Of a stretch of 64,000 nt of DNA, positions 1 to 9,197 are shown one piece after another (within the stretch, counting starts at the first letter, position 1; every line of letters starts with the position of its first letter). The notes beneath the pieces are model-generated. The model was not told the DNA's origin and did no database searches. It worked only from the letters and a program-made list of their open reading frames with translations. A program made the translations under genes and the position numbers. Where the stretch lies: contig JAAXHN010000002.1 in assembly GCA_012270885.1 (NCBI GenBank), positions 26,590 through 90,589 on the forward strand, in the 5' to 3' direction. The DNA is from Acidimicrobiia bacterium. Lineage in GTDB: Bacteria; Actinomycetota; Acidimicrobiia; Spongiisociales; ZC4RG35.

Positions 1-132
1 ACTTCCATAGGAGGGGTGGAGCACATCGACCGCGGTTACGCCGACCTGGTCGGGGATCTGACCGGGATGGGCGCCCGGATCAGGCGAGAGGACCTGAACA
101 ACGATGATCGAACGCGGTTATTCGGGTGGTAA
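1..132 (+). CDS. murA: UDP-N-acetylglucosamine 1-carboxyvinyltransferase MurA, C-terminal fragment (5' end outside window)
   Basis: Frame 1 translates to ...IGGVEHIDRGYADLVGDLTGMGARIRREDLNNDDRTRLFGW*. The HIDRGY..L..LGA.I.R motif matches the MurA C-terminus. Stop TAA at 130-132. Confidence 0.6.
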   Translation, partial: TSIGGVEHIDRGYADLVGDLTGMGARIRREDLNNDDRTRLFGW

Positions 133-182
133 CCGGCGGAATGATCCGTCTACGATGAGGGTTCTTAGGGTTAAGGAAAGAG

Positions 183-476
183 ATGACCGAGACAATTCTG
201 GAACTTCCCAAGCGTCAGGCGAAGAGGCCGGAGGGCCCTTCGCTGCCCGAGGTTGACTTGAAGCTGCTCGAGGCGGCTCTCGACTACATACGCCCGGCGG
301 TGCAGGTCGATGGCGGAGACCTCATCCTGCTGGGTGCGGAGGAGGGAGTGGTGACAATCCAGATGGTGGGAGCCTGCGGAGGGTGCCCCTTGTCGATGAT
401 GACCCTGAAGGAGGGGATCGAGAGGATCCTCAAAGCCAAGGTGCCGGGAGTCGTCTCGGTCGACGCCGTGGCCTAG
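183..476 (+). CDS. NifU-like (Nfu-type) Fe-S cluster scaffold/carrier protein
   Basis: 97 aa with the Nfu motif GACGGCPLSMMTLKEGIE (CxxC). ATG start with AAGGAAAG RBS upstream. Confidence 0.8.
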   Translation: MTETILELPKRQAKRPEGPSLPEVDLKLLEAALDYIRPAVQVDGGDLILLGAEEGVVTIQMVGACGGCPLSMMTLKEGIERILKAKVPGVVSVDAVA

Positions 477-494
477 GTTCCGATTGGGTTCGGA

Positions 495-1274
495 GTGGGC
501 AGCCATCGCCCGGAGCTTTCCCGTCTCCTGGACGACCTTCGCACCGGGAATCGAAGGGCGTTGGCCCGGGCGATAACCCTTGTAGAAAACCATCTTCCCA
601 CCGACCCTACGCTGGGGGAGTTGTGGGAGTCGGCAGGGGTGAACGACCGCTCGGCCAGGCTGGTGGGCATCACCGGCCCTCCCGGCGTGGGGAAGAGCAC
701 CCTGGTCTCGGAACTGGTGGGTTGCATCAGAGACACCCATCTGACGGTGGGGGTGGTGGCGGTGGATCCGGCCAGCCCCCTAACCGGCGGGGCCATGCTG
801 GGGGATCGGATCCGTATGCAGAGGCATTTCACGGATCCGGGGGTGTTCATCCGGTCCATGTCGACCCGGGGTCATCTGGGAGGCCTGTCCAAGGCCACCC
901 GCGCTGTCGCTGAGTTGCTGTCCCTGGCCGGATTCGAGGTGGTGCTGGTGGAGACTGTGGGAGTGGGACAGTCGGAAGTGGAGGTAATGCGGGTCACTCC
1001 AACCGTGGTGGTGGTGGTCAATCCCGGCCTGGGAGACTCCGTGCAGGCCGACAAGGCCGGCCTGTTCGAGATAGGCGGGGTGTTCTGCGTCAACAAAGCC
1101 GACCAGGATGGGACCGATCAGGCAGTGCGTACCCTCCGTCAGATGATCTCTTTGGGGCATCGTCCCGGCCCTAGGCCGCTGGTTCTCACTACCGTAGCCA
1201 CCGAGGGCCGAGGCGTCCCCCAACTCTGGGAAGCCATTGTCGCCCGCGGGGATCACGCCGGCTCGGCCAACTGA
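495..1274 (+). CDS. MeaB/ArgK-family GTPase (methylmalonyl-CoA mutase accessory-type P-loop GTPase)
   Basis: RRALARAITLVEN and the P-loop GITGPPGVGKSTL. GTG start. No mutase gene adjacent. Confidence 0.8.
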   Translation: MGSHRPELSRLLDDLRTGNRRALARAITLVENHLPTDPTLGELWESAGVNDRSARLVGITGPPGVGKSTLVSELVGCIRDTHLTVGVVAVDPASPLTGGAMLGDRIRMQRHFTDPGVFIRSMSTRGHLGGLSKATRAVAELLSLAGFEVVLVETVGVGQSEVEVMRVTPTVVVVVNPGLGDSVQADKAGLFEIGGVFCVNKADQDGTDQAVRTLRQMISLGHRPGPRPLVLTTVATEGRGVPQLWEAIVARGDHAGSAN

Positions 1275-1330
1275 GCGGCTCCCGCCAAGACAGGCACTTC
1301 CCCTCGGTCCCTCCCACCCAGCCGCACCTG

Positions 1331-2230
1331 CTACCCCCACGCGGCGGTGGTCACGGCCAGTACCAACGCGGTTGCCATCTGCAGCCGGGAGGTGGACTTG
1401 AGCACCCTGGTCAGAGCCGCACCCCGGGCGGCGCCCAACACGGCGCGGACAGGACCGATGGCGAAAGGCACCAGTCCTAGCGTTGCCGCCGTGGCCACCG
1501 GTGTGAAACCGACCGCGGCCGAAGCGCCAACCACGGCTAAGGACGCCCATACCAGAACCGCATAGAAGGATCTTGAGCGGTCCTCACCCATCATCACCGC
1601 CAGGGTGCGCTTTCCTACCCTGGCGTCGGTCTCTATGTCTCTCAGGTTGTTGGCCACCAGGATCGCGGAAGCCAGCGTTCCCATCGGAATGGCCAGGGTC
1701 CAGGCCTCGATTGGGGCGGAGGCGTCGTGGACGAACCGGGTGCCCACCGTGGCCACCAGCCCGAAGAAGACGAAGACGAACAGTTCTCCCAGTCCCCGAT
1801 ACCCATAGGGCCAGGGTCCCCCTACATAGGTGAGCATGGCCAGCACCGACAGAATTCCTACCCAGACCAGTATCCATCCGGCGATCAGGATGAGATAGAG
1901 CCCTGCCGCAAAGGCCACGGCGATTGCTGCCCAGGTGGCCATCCACATGCGCCGAGACGAGATGACTCCCTCCGAGACCATCCGGCGAGGACCCTGACGA
2001 TCCGGAGTGTCGGCCGACCGGGCCGCATCGGAGACATCATTGGCGAAGTTGGCGGCCACCTGAATGGCAACCCCCACGATAAGGGTCATGAAGAAGGCGT
2101 CCCATCGGAACGCCCCGTCGCCCACCGCCAGTCCGGTCCCCACCGTCACCGGCGCCACCGATGCCCAGAGGGTGTGAGGCCGGGCGGCTGTCTTCCAGGC
2201 CTGGAAACGGGTGAGTTTGGGGTCCGAGGC
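1331..2230 (-). CDS. menA: 1,4-dihydroxy-2-naphthoate polyprenyltransferase MenA (UbiA family); exact start unresolved
   Basis: UbiA-family motifs NDVSDAARSAD and NNLRDIETDARVGKRTLAV, plus a MenA-type N-terminus (QAWKTAARPHTLWASVAPV). The conserved N-terminal region has no canonical start codon downstream of the menB stop. The ORF track extends to 2317, overlapping menB. Confidence 0.75.
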   Translation of the reverse strand, partial: ASDPKLTRFQAWKTAARPHTLWASVAPVTVGTGLAVGDGAFRWDAFFMTLIVGVAIQVAANFANDVSDAARSADTPDRQGPRRMVSEGVISSRRMWMATWAAIAVAFAAGLYLILIAGWILVWVGILSVLAMLTYVGGPWPYGYRGLGELFVFVFFGLVATVGTRFVHDASAPIEAWTLAIPMGTLASAILVANNLRDIETDARVGKRTLAVMMGEDRSRSFYAVLVWASLAVVGASAAVGFTPVATAATLGLVPFAIGPVRAVLGAARGAALTRVLKSTSRLQMATALVLAVTTAAWG

Positions 2231-2231
2231 C

Positions 2232-3137
2232 TTAATAGTGCCAGGGAAACTGGTCGAAGCGGGGAGACCGCTTTTCCAAGAAGGCGTCCCGACCCTCGGC
2301 TGCTTCATCGGTGCCATATCCCAGCCGGGTCGCCTCCCCGGCGAAAATCTGCTGGCCTACCAGCCCATCGTCCACCAGGTTGAAGGCGAACTTGAGCATC
2401 CGCTGGGCGGTGGGGCTCTTGGCGGTGATGGTCCGAGCCCAATCCAGGGCTACCTCTTCCAGCCGGTCGTGGGGGATCACGTCGTTCACCATTCCCATCT
2501 GCTTGGCTTCCTCTGCGCGGTAGTCCCTCCCCAGAAAGAAGAGCTCACGGGCTCTCTTCTGGCCAATCATCCTGGCCAGGTAGGCAGATCCGTATCCAGC
2601 GTCGTAGCTGGCCACATCCGGATCGGTCTGCTTGAAGATTGCATGGTCGCCGCACGCCAGTGTCAGGTCGCAGACCACATGCAGGCTGTGTCCGCCTCCC
2701 ACCGCCCATCCCGGCACGACCGCGATCACCACCTTGGGCATGAAGCGGATGATGCGCTGGGCCTCCAGAATGTGAAGTCTCCCCAGACGAGCGGGATCGA
2801 TGGATGGCCCATCGGCCCCATCGGCGTATTTGTATCCGTCCCTTCCCCTGATCCGCTGATCGCCCCCCGAGCAGAAAGCCCATCCTCCGTCGCGGGGAGA
2901 AGGCCCGTTGCCGGTGAGCAACACACACCCCACACGGCTCCACTGCCGGGCGTGTTCCAAGGCGACGATCAACTCATCCACGGTGTGGGGGCGGAAGGCA
3001 TTCCGCACTTCCGGGCGGTCGAAGGCTATCCGTACCGCTCCCACATCCACGGCGCGGTGATACGTGATATCGGTGAATGAAAAACCAGGTACAATTTCCC
3101 AGGCAGAGGGGTCGAAATGCTCCGAATCCACGTTCAT
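2232..3137 (-). CDS. menB: 1,4-dihydroxy-2-naphthoyl-CoA synthase MenB (crotonase fold)
   Basis: 301 aa with a full-length MenB signature (…LTGNGPSPRDGGWAFCSGGDQRIRG…GWAVGGGHSLHVVCDLTLA…). ATG at 3137. Confidence 0.9.
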   Translation of the reverse strand: MNVDSEHFDPSAWEIVPGFSFTDITYHRAVDVGAVRIAFDRPEVRNAFRPHTVDELIVALEHARQWSRVGCVLLTGNGPSPRDGGWAFCSGGDQRIRGRDGYKYADGADGPSIDPARLGRLHILEAQRIIRFMPKVVIAVVPGWAVGGGHSLHVVCDLTLACGDHAIFKQTDPDVASYDAGYGSAYLARMIGQKRARELFFLGRDYRAEEAKQMGMVNDVIPHDRLEEVALDWARTITAKSPTAQRMLKFAFNLVDDGLVGQQIFAGEATRLGYGTDEAAEGRDAFLEKRSPRFDQFPWHY

Positions 3138-3199
3138 GACGAGGTTACCCTGGTTCCCACCCTTCCATCAGCCAGACAGAATCCCCAGGACGGTACTCG

Positions 3200-4414
3200 A
3201 TGCGAGTGTTGTTGGCAGACAGATTCCCCGAGCAGTTTCTGCCCGAAATGGAGAGACTGGGCTTCGATTGCGATTTTCAGCCCGAACTGAGTGGTGCGGA
3301 ACTCCAGGGGGCTCTCGAAGAAGTGCAGGTACTTTTGGTGCGTTCCACCCCGGTTACGGCCGAGGCGATCGATGCGGCGGATGATCTGGCATGGATCATC
3401 CGGGCCGGAGCCGGTTACAACACAATCGACTGCCAGGCTGCTTCTCGCCGGGCGATCTGGGTCTCGAACGTTCCGCGCCAGAACGCGATCGCAGTGGCGG
3501 AACTGGCGATGGGTTTGATGTTGGCTGTCGACCGCCGAATCCCAGACAACGTGACGGCCATCCGTCAAAACGAGTGGCGAAAGCGAGAGTTTTCAGGGGC
3601 TCGCGGTCTGCATGGCAGGACCCTGGGGATAGTGGGAATGGGCCAGATCGGCTTCGAGGTGGCCAAGCGCGCCCGAGCATTCGGCTTGAAGCTGCTCACC
3701 GTGGAGAAGCCGAGAACGTTCGAGGCCCTCGACCAGATGAGGAAGCTGGGCGTGGGGACTGTCTCGGGACTGGAGGAACTCTTCGCTGTGTGCGACATTG
3801 TCAGCCTCCACACGCCGTCCACCCCCGAGACCAACGGCATGGTCTCGGCCGACCTGTTGGCGCGGATGAAGCCGGGGGCCTGGCTGATCAACACGGCACG
3901 CGCCGATCTGGTGGACGAGGAGGCCCTGCTGGAGGCAGTCGATCGACAGGACCTGTGGGTGGGAATCGATGTCTTCTCCGGAGAGGCCGAAGCCGCCTCG
4001 GGCACCGGTGACTCGAAGCTGGCCAGCCATCCGCATGTGTACGTCACTCACCACATCGGAGCTTCCACTCGTCAGGCCCAACACGCGATCGCAGCCGAGG
4101 TTGTGAGAATGCTGACGGACTTTGCTCGGGGCAAGGTGCGCAACGTGGTGAATCTTGGGGCGCTCTCCCCCGCAGGGACCTACCTGACTATTCGTCACAT
4201 CGATCGGGTGGGAGTACTCTCCGGCGTCCTGACGTCGATCAAATCATCGGGGCTCAATGTGCAGCACATGACCAACCAGGTCTTCAGCGGGGCGGGTACC
4301 GCGGTAGCAGTGGTGCAGGTGCAGGGAGAGGTGTCGGACGCCATGGTGGAGGAACTGGAGGGCCTGCCTTACATCTTGGGAGTGACCGCTTACCCGAGCG
4401 GGCTGCTGGAATGA
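3200..4414 (+). CDS. serA: D-3-phosphoglycerate dehydrogenase / D-isomer-specific 2-hydroxyacid dehydrogenase with C-terminal ACT-like domain
   Basis: 404 aa with an NAD-binding GIVGMGQIGFEVA motif, the catalytic region and a C-terminal regulatory domain. Its stop overlaps the next gene's ATG (ATGA). Confidence 0.85.
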   Translation: MRVLLADRFPEQFLPEMERLGFDCDFQPELSGAELQGALEEVQVLLVRSTPVTAEAIDAADDLAWIIRAGAGYNTIDCQAASRRAIWVSNVPRQNAIAVAELAMGLMLAVDRRIPDNVTAIRQNEWRKREFSGARGLHGRTLGIVGMGQIGFEVAKRARAFGLKLLTVEKPRTFEALDQMRKLGVGTVSGLEELFAVCDIVSLHTPSTPETNGMVSADLLARMKPGAWLINTARADLVDEEALLEAVDRQDLWVGIDVFSGEAEAASGTGDSKLASHPHVYVTHHIGASTRQAQHAIAAEVVRMLTDFARGKVRNVVNLGALSPAGTYLTIRHIDRVGVLSGVLTSIKSSGLNVQHMTNQVFSGAGTAVAVVQVQGEVSDAMVEELEGLPYILGVTAYPSGLLE

Positions 4415-5598
4415 GTGGCTGGCTGAGGCCGGTCCAGACTCGGCTGGTCTCTCCGGAGTACGCGTGGCGGGTGGTGCCGCCCGCCTATGACTTCTTGACT
4501 CCCTACGAGCGGTACCGCTGGGCCTCGGAGAACCCCGACTCTTTCTTCAACGCCTTCACTCCGGCCGACAGCTGGCCCAATAAGTCCTTCCGCCAACTGG
4601 TGTCCCAAGCCGCCGGTTACCTGGATCGTCAACTGCGAAAGGGCGTCTTCGGTCCGCCGCTGGAAGGCTTGTTTGTCTATCGGATAGCCGACAGCGTGCA
4701 TCAGCAGACCGGTGTGGTGGGGGACGCGCCGGCGGCTTCCGCCCCGCAAACACTGGTGCCTCATGAGACCACTCGATCCGACCGCGAGGAAGAGCTCTAC
4801 AAATACATGGGGGAAGTGCCGTATAGCTCCAATCCCATGGGATTGGGATACCCGCCCCGGACGGAGATCGACGGCATGGTGGAAGAGATCTGTCGCTCTG
4901 TCCCCGACGTCTCAGTTACGCTGGAGAACGGTGATCTGCACCAGATCTGGGTGGTTCCCCAAGATATAGTTCCGGGGTTGTTGGACGAGTTCTCCAAGGT
5001 TCCCAAGGCTTACATCGTGGATGGCCACCATCGGGCGGCTGCCTCGCTTCGACACGCCTCCCGGTATGGCGCCGACGAGGCGCATCCGGCGGGAAGGATG
5101 CTGGTCGTGGCTTTCCCCACCGACCAACTGCGCATCCATCCCTATCACCGGTGGGTGAAGGCCGAACTGTCGGCGGAGCGACTGGAAGAGGATGTGGGGG
5201 CGGTAAGGGCGCCGGTGCGCCTGCCCGCCAAAGGGGAGGCGATGGCTATCACCAGCCAGGGCTGCTGGTCGATTCGACTGTCCCACTGCGAGTCGTCCCA
5301 CTGCCAAGATGAAATGGATGCCGTGGCCCTCCATCGCACCGTGCTGGAGCCGTTGTTGGGTGTAGCGGACGAGAGAACCGATCCACGAATGGATTTCATC
5401 CCCGATCACGAGGGCATCAAGACGGTGGTAGACCGGGTTGCCGAGCACGGAGGAGTCGGTTTCATGCTGTCCCCGGCCACCATGAACCAGGTGATTCATG
5501 CCGCGGACAACCGACTGCCCATTCCACCCAAGGCGACCTTCTTCGTTCCCAAGACTCGCTCTGGGTTCTTCCTGTCCCCCCGGCACGGAGGTTCATAG
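4411..5598 (+). CDS. DUF1015 family protein
   Basis: 395 aa. VPPAYDF and the YIVDGHHRAAAS motif are typical of DUF1015 (COG4198). Translationally coupled to serA. Confidence 0.75.
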   Translation: MSGWLRPVQTRLVSPEYAWRVVPPAYDFLTPYERYRWASENPDSFFNAFTPADSWPNKSFRQLVSQAAGYLDRQLRKGVFGPPLEGLFVYRIADSVHQQTGVVGDAPAASAPQTLVPHETTRSDREEELYKYMGEVPYSSNPMGLGYPPRTEIDGMVEEICRSVPDVSVTLENGDLHQIWVVPQDIVPGLLDEFSKVPKAYIVDGHHRAAASLRHASRYGADEAHPAGRMLVVAFPTDQLRIHPYHRWVKAELSAERLEEDVGAVRAPVRLPAKGEAMAITSQGCWSIRLSHCESSHCQDEMDAVALHRTVLEPLLGVADERTDPRMDFIPDHEGIKTVVDRVAEHGGVGFMLSPATMNQVIHAADNRLPIPPKATFFVPKTRSGFFLSPRHGGS

Positions 5599-5629
5599 GC
5601 TGGCCGTTTGAGGGATGGAGCCGGGTTGT

Positions 5630-6790
5630 CTACAGCTCGTCCCAGAGGTCTCCGGCGGCCAGGTCGATGGCGGTCCAGGCCATTCCCACGGCGCCGTCGA
5701 AGACGGCCCGCTTGCCTTCGGGGGTGATGGTCCGGCTTGTGAAGGCGGGCTGGTGGTTTCCGATCGGAGCGCAGTGGAGTGAGAGCATGGGGTGGATGGT
5801 GGGCACGATCTGGGAGACGTTCCCCATGTCGGTGGAACCGGCTTCCGAGGGATTGATGTCTGCGCCTCTTGTCAGGGGCCGCCCCAGGGCCAGGGAGTTG
5901 GCGGCATAGAGGTCGGTGAGGAGGGCATTGCTGACCAACTCGGTGTATCCATTGCCCATCTGCTCTATCTCTGCCCGGCATCCGGTGGCTTGGGCGGCCG
6001 CCTCGAAGCAGGACCGTACCCGCTCTCTCAGCACTTCGAGTCGTTCGAAGTCTTGCGATCTGACGTACCACTTTGAGCGGGTAAGAGCGGGGATGATATT
6101 GGGAGCCTTCCCGCCGTCGGTGATGATCCCGTGGATCTTGTCGGTGGACAGGATGTGCTGGCGGAGGGTGGAGATATTCACATAGGACTGGACGAACGCA
6201 TCAAGGGCGTTGACGCCCTTTTCGGGAAACGCCGAAGCATGAGCCTCCTTCCCGTGAAAGGCCACCTCCAACTGGATGATTGCCAGGGAAGGGCCGTCGA
6301 CCACGTCGCGGGGTGAAGGGTGGACCATCATGGCAGCGGCGGCGTCTCCGAACGCTCCGGCATTGATCAGATCCACCTTCCCCCCATAGATCTCCTCTGC
6401 CGGGGTCCCCAGGACGGTGAGGCGGAACCCCAGTTCCTCCGTCAGGGGTTGGAGAGCGAGGCCGGCGCCCACCGCGGCCGAGGCGATGATGTTGTGCCCG
6501 CAAGCGTGACCGATGCCGGGAAGGGCGTCATACTCGGCACAGATCACCAACTCGGGGCCTTCCTGTCCGGACCGGGCGGCGAAGGAGGTGTCCAGACCGT
6601 ACGCCGGGTATTCGACCGTGAAACCATATCCTTCCAGCACCTGGGCGAGGCGGGCTGAGGATTGGTATTCCTCGTATGCGGTTTCGGGGTTGTCGTGGAG
6701 CCAGAGATTCAGCTCCTCCAGGCGCGTTTGCTGGCTGGTGACTCTCTGGCGGGCTTGTTCTTTTAGATTCTGATGGGCCAACTCGGACAT
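5630..6790 (-). CDS. M20 family metallopeptidase/amidohydrolase (AbgB/hippurate hydrolase-like)
   Basis: Motifs AEYDALPGIGHACGHN and GTPAEE. I placed the start at the internal ATG at 6790 (MSELAHQ...), which is preceded by a GGGAGGAGG SD. The 5' extension to 7075 in the ORF track looks spurious. Confidence 0.8.
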   Translation of the reverse strand: MSELAHQNLKEQARQRVTSQQTRLEELNLWLHDNPETAYEEYQSSARLAQVLEGYGFTVEYPAYGLDTSFAARSGQEGPELVICAEYDALPGIGHACGHNIIASAAVGAGLALQPLTEELGFRLTVLGTPAEEIYGGKVDLINAGAFGDAAAAMMVHPSPRDVVDGPSLAIIQLEVAFHGKEAHASAFPEKGVNALDAFVQSYVNISTLRQHILSTDKIHGIITDGGKAPNIIPALTRSKWYVRSQDFERLEVLRERVRSCFEAAAQATGCRAEIEQMGNGYTELVSNALLTDLYAANSLALGRPLTRGADINPSEAGSTDMGNVSQIVPTIHPMLSLHCAPIGNHQPAFTSRTITPEGKRAVFDGAVGMAWTAIDLAAGDLWDEL

Positions 6791-6925
6791 TAGGACGGAG
6801 ACCTCCTCCCCGGAAATGAGCGACACACGGTCTGTGGGTTTGTGGAGACAGGTTACCAAGCACTCCCGCTCCCTCCTGTGGCCGGGACCGTTTCGGGTAA
6901 CCTCCGCGGCGGTGGCTGCGGAATA

Positions 6926-7387
6926 ATGGATATATCGGAGATAGGGTTTTCCGGGCTGAAGCCGTCTGTTGACTTCGCCTTTCTGGCCGACGCCGTGCAG
7001 GTGGTGGGAGGGAAGCTGTTCGCTCTGGGAGGCGGCTGGGATCAGCTGCTGGTGAGGACGCTTCCTACCAGGCACTCCTCGATGGGTATCGGCATGAGAG
7101 TCACCTTCCCATGGGGATGGGACAAGTCACCGGTGAAAGTGGGTGTGGACCTCCAGGACCAGGATGGAAGGAGCGTCATGGGGCCCCGGATGCTCCAGCG
7201 AAGGATTCCCGTCAAGCAGCCTTCCAGGCTCCCCCCCGGATCGGTCTTCGGGTACCCGATAGCCTTCACCTTCAACTCGCTGGCTTTCAAGTCGGAGGGG
7301 GACTACTCCTTCGTGATCCATCTCGACGAGGAACCCGTTCATCGACTGCGCTTCACGGTGCGTCGGCGCCGCCGCCCCAGAGCGTGA
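6926..7387 (+). CDS. hypothetical protein (unknown family)
   Basis: 153 aa from ATG 6926 (MDISEIGFSG...). Divergent from the M20 gene. Its stop overlaps the GTG start of the downstream HAD gene (GTGA). No recognisable motifs. Confidence 0.5.
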   Translation: MDISEIGFSGLKPSVDFAFLADAVQVVGGKLFALGGGWDQLLVRTLPTRHSSMGIGMRVTFPWGWDKSPVKVGVDLQDQDGRSVMGPRMLQRRIPVKQPSRLPPGSVFGYPIAFTFNSLAFKSEGDYSFVIHLDEEPVHRLRFTVRRRRRPRA

Positions 7388-8001
7388 CCCGGATAAGAGC
7401 CGTTCTGTTCGACTTGGGAGGAGTGGTCTTCGAATCGCCCCTGCATTCCATTGCCTCCTTCGAAGCCGACCAGGGTCTGTCGCCAGGGACGGTGGGGCGG
7501 ATCGTGACGGAAGCGGGAGGAGACGGAGCCTGGGCGCGGCACGAACGGGGAGAGGTCAGCGCCGAGACCTTCGAGCGGGGCCTGACCGAGGAAGCGCGGC
7601 GGTTCGGGGTGGATCTGGATGTGGCGGGGATGATGAGGAGGATCGAAGCCGATGTGGCGATCCGTCCCCGCATGCTGGCGGCAGTCCGGCGGTTGCGGGA
7701 GGAGGGTTTCGTAGTGGCGGCCGTCACCAACAACTGGAAGGGGTTGAACGCGCCGTCGGTGGCTGACCACTTCGACGTCGTGGTCGAGTCCTACCTGGAG
7801 GGAGTACGCAAACCCGAACCAGAGATCTACCGTAAAACGCTTTCTCGCCTAGGCGTGGCGCCTCATGAGGCGGTGATGCTGGACGACATTGGCGTCAATC
7901 TCAAGACTGCCCTTAAGATGGGTATGACCACGATTAAAGTGACGGATCCCATCGACGCCCTGGAAGAATTGGGCGCGTTGGTGAATGTTTCGCTCCTCTA
8001 A
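7384..8001 (+). CDS. HAD-superfamily hydrolase (subfamily IA)
   Basis: HAD motif I at the N-terminus (AVLFDLGGVV) and motifs III/IV (KPEPEIY, MLDDIGVNL). Putative GTG start at 7384 overlapping the upstream stop. The ORF track shows a longer 5' extension that I do not trust. Confidence 0.75.
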   Translation: MTRIRAVLFDLGGVVFESPLHSIASFEADQGLSPGTVGRIVTEAGGDGAWARHERGEVSAETFERGLTEEARRFGVDLDVAGMMRRIEADVAIRPRMLAAVRRLREEGFVVAAVTNNWKGLNAPSVADHFDVVVESYLEGVRKPEPEIYRKTLSRLGVAPHEAVMLDDIGVNLKTALKMGMTTIKVTDPIDALEELGALVNVSLL

Positions 8002-8021
8002 GACAAGGAGGCGCCCACCCG

Positions 8022-9152
8022 ATGACTCTGCCCCCGCTCCCTGCCCCCTATCGAGATCAGTTCCGCGAGCCCCCTGGTTTCATGAATTCTGCGGCCATCT
8101 CCCCGGTCTCCAGGCTGGTGGAGAGCAGGGTGGCCGATTATGTGGCGGACTTCCGGCGGGCCACCGGGAACCTGAGCACCCTTCTGGAGGAGGCAATGAG
8201 CCGGGGCCGGTGGGGACTCGCCGGCCTCCTGGACGCAGACATGCCGAGAGTCGGCGTCACACACACTACCGGGGCGGGCCTCCTGCATGTCGCTTTCGGG
8301 TTGCGGGGCGGGAACGTGGTGGTCCCCGGAGCCGAGTTCCCCACCAATCTCTATCCATGGATCCGCGCCCGGGAGGCAGGTTTGATCGACGAGGTGCGCC
8401 GGGTCCCCCTGCCTGATCTTCGCCTCACTCCCGACCATCTCCGGCCGTTCGTCGATGCTTCCACCCGGGTTGTGGCGGTGAGCCATGTCGACTTCGCCAC
8501 CGGCTTTCGCGCTGATCTGGCGAAGATACGGGAAGCCTTTCCGGAACCGCTGCTGGTGGTGGACGCCATCCAGTCGCTGGGAGCGTTCCCGGTGGACAGC
8601 GCCTCATCGGATGTGGTGGCGGCGGGCAGCCACAAGTGGATGAGGGCCGGATTCGGCGGGGCGGCCATGATGGTCTCCGACCGCGCCACAGACCGGCTGG
8701 CGCCCACTCTCACGGGATGGTTGGGCGTCGCCGACCCCCTCGACTTCCAAACTCCCCCTCCCCATCCACCTGCCGAGGCGGTCGCTCGCTTTCAGATGAG
8801 CAGCGATCCGGTGATGGGGGCGGTGGCCCTGGCGGCGGCATGCGAAGTGATCCGCATGGCGGGTGCGGAGGTGATCAGCCGCCGCATCTCGGCGGCGATG
8901 GACCGATTGGAGGAGCAGTTGGAGAGAATCGGGTGCGAACTCCGGCAACCGTGGAGGGATCCGGGGGAGCGGGCAGGAATTCTCACCTTCAGGATCCCCG
9001 GCCGAGACTCGGGAGAGGTAGTGGAGACCATGAGAGAGCGCGGGGTGGTGCTGGCCGACCGGGCCGGCTGGGTGAGAGTATCCCCTCCCGCCACAACCAC
9101 CACCGAGTCGATAGGTCTGCTTTTGGAGGGACTTGCTCCTCTCGTGCTTTAG
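8022..9152 (+). CDS. aminotransferase class V-fold PLP-dependent enzyme
   Basis: 376 aa with a PLP-lysine region (SHKWMRAGFGG). AAGGAGG SD 10 nt upstream of ATG. It lacks the SufS C-terminal catalytic Cys loop, so I do not call it a cysteine desulfurase. Confidence 0.8.
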   Translation: MTLPPLPAPYRDQFREPPGFMNSAAISPVSRLVESRVADYVADFRRATGNLSTLLEEAMSRGRWGLAGLLDADMPRVGVTHTTGAGLLHVAFGLRGGNVVVPGAEFPTNLYPWIRAREAGLIDEVRRVPLPDLRLTPDHLRPFVDASTRVVAVSHVDFATGFRADLAKIREAFPEPLLVVDAIQSLGAFPVDSASSDVVAAGSHKWMRAGFGGAAMMVSDRATDRLAPTLTGWLGVADPLDFQTPPPHPPAEAVARFQMSSDPVMGAVALAAACEVIRMAGAEVISRRISAAMDRLEEQLERIGCELRQPWRDPGERAGILTFRIPGRDSGEVVETMRERGVVLADRAGWVRVSPPATTTTESIGLLLEGLAPLVL

Positions 9153-9197
9153 CCTTGCGGTCGGTTTGGGCACGGATCGGCCGCTTCGGAGGACAAC

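Noticed and set aside
5630-7075. N-terminal 95-codon extension of the M20 peptidase ORF
   Set aside because: The M20 homology and a strong SD (GGGAGGAGG) both begin at the internal ATG 6790. The extension would overlap the divergent hypothetical gene at 6926.
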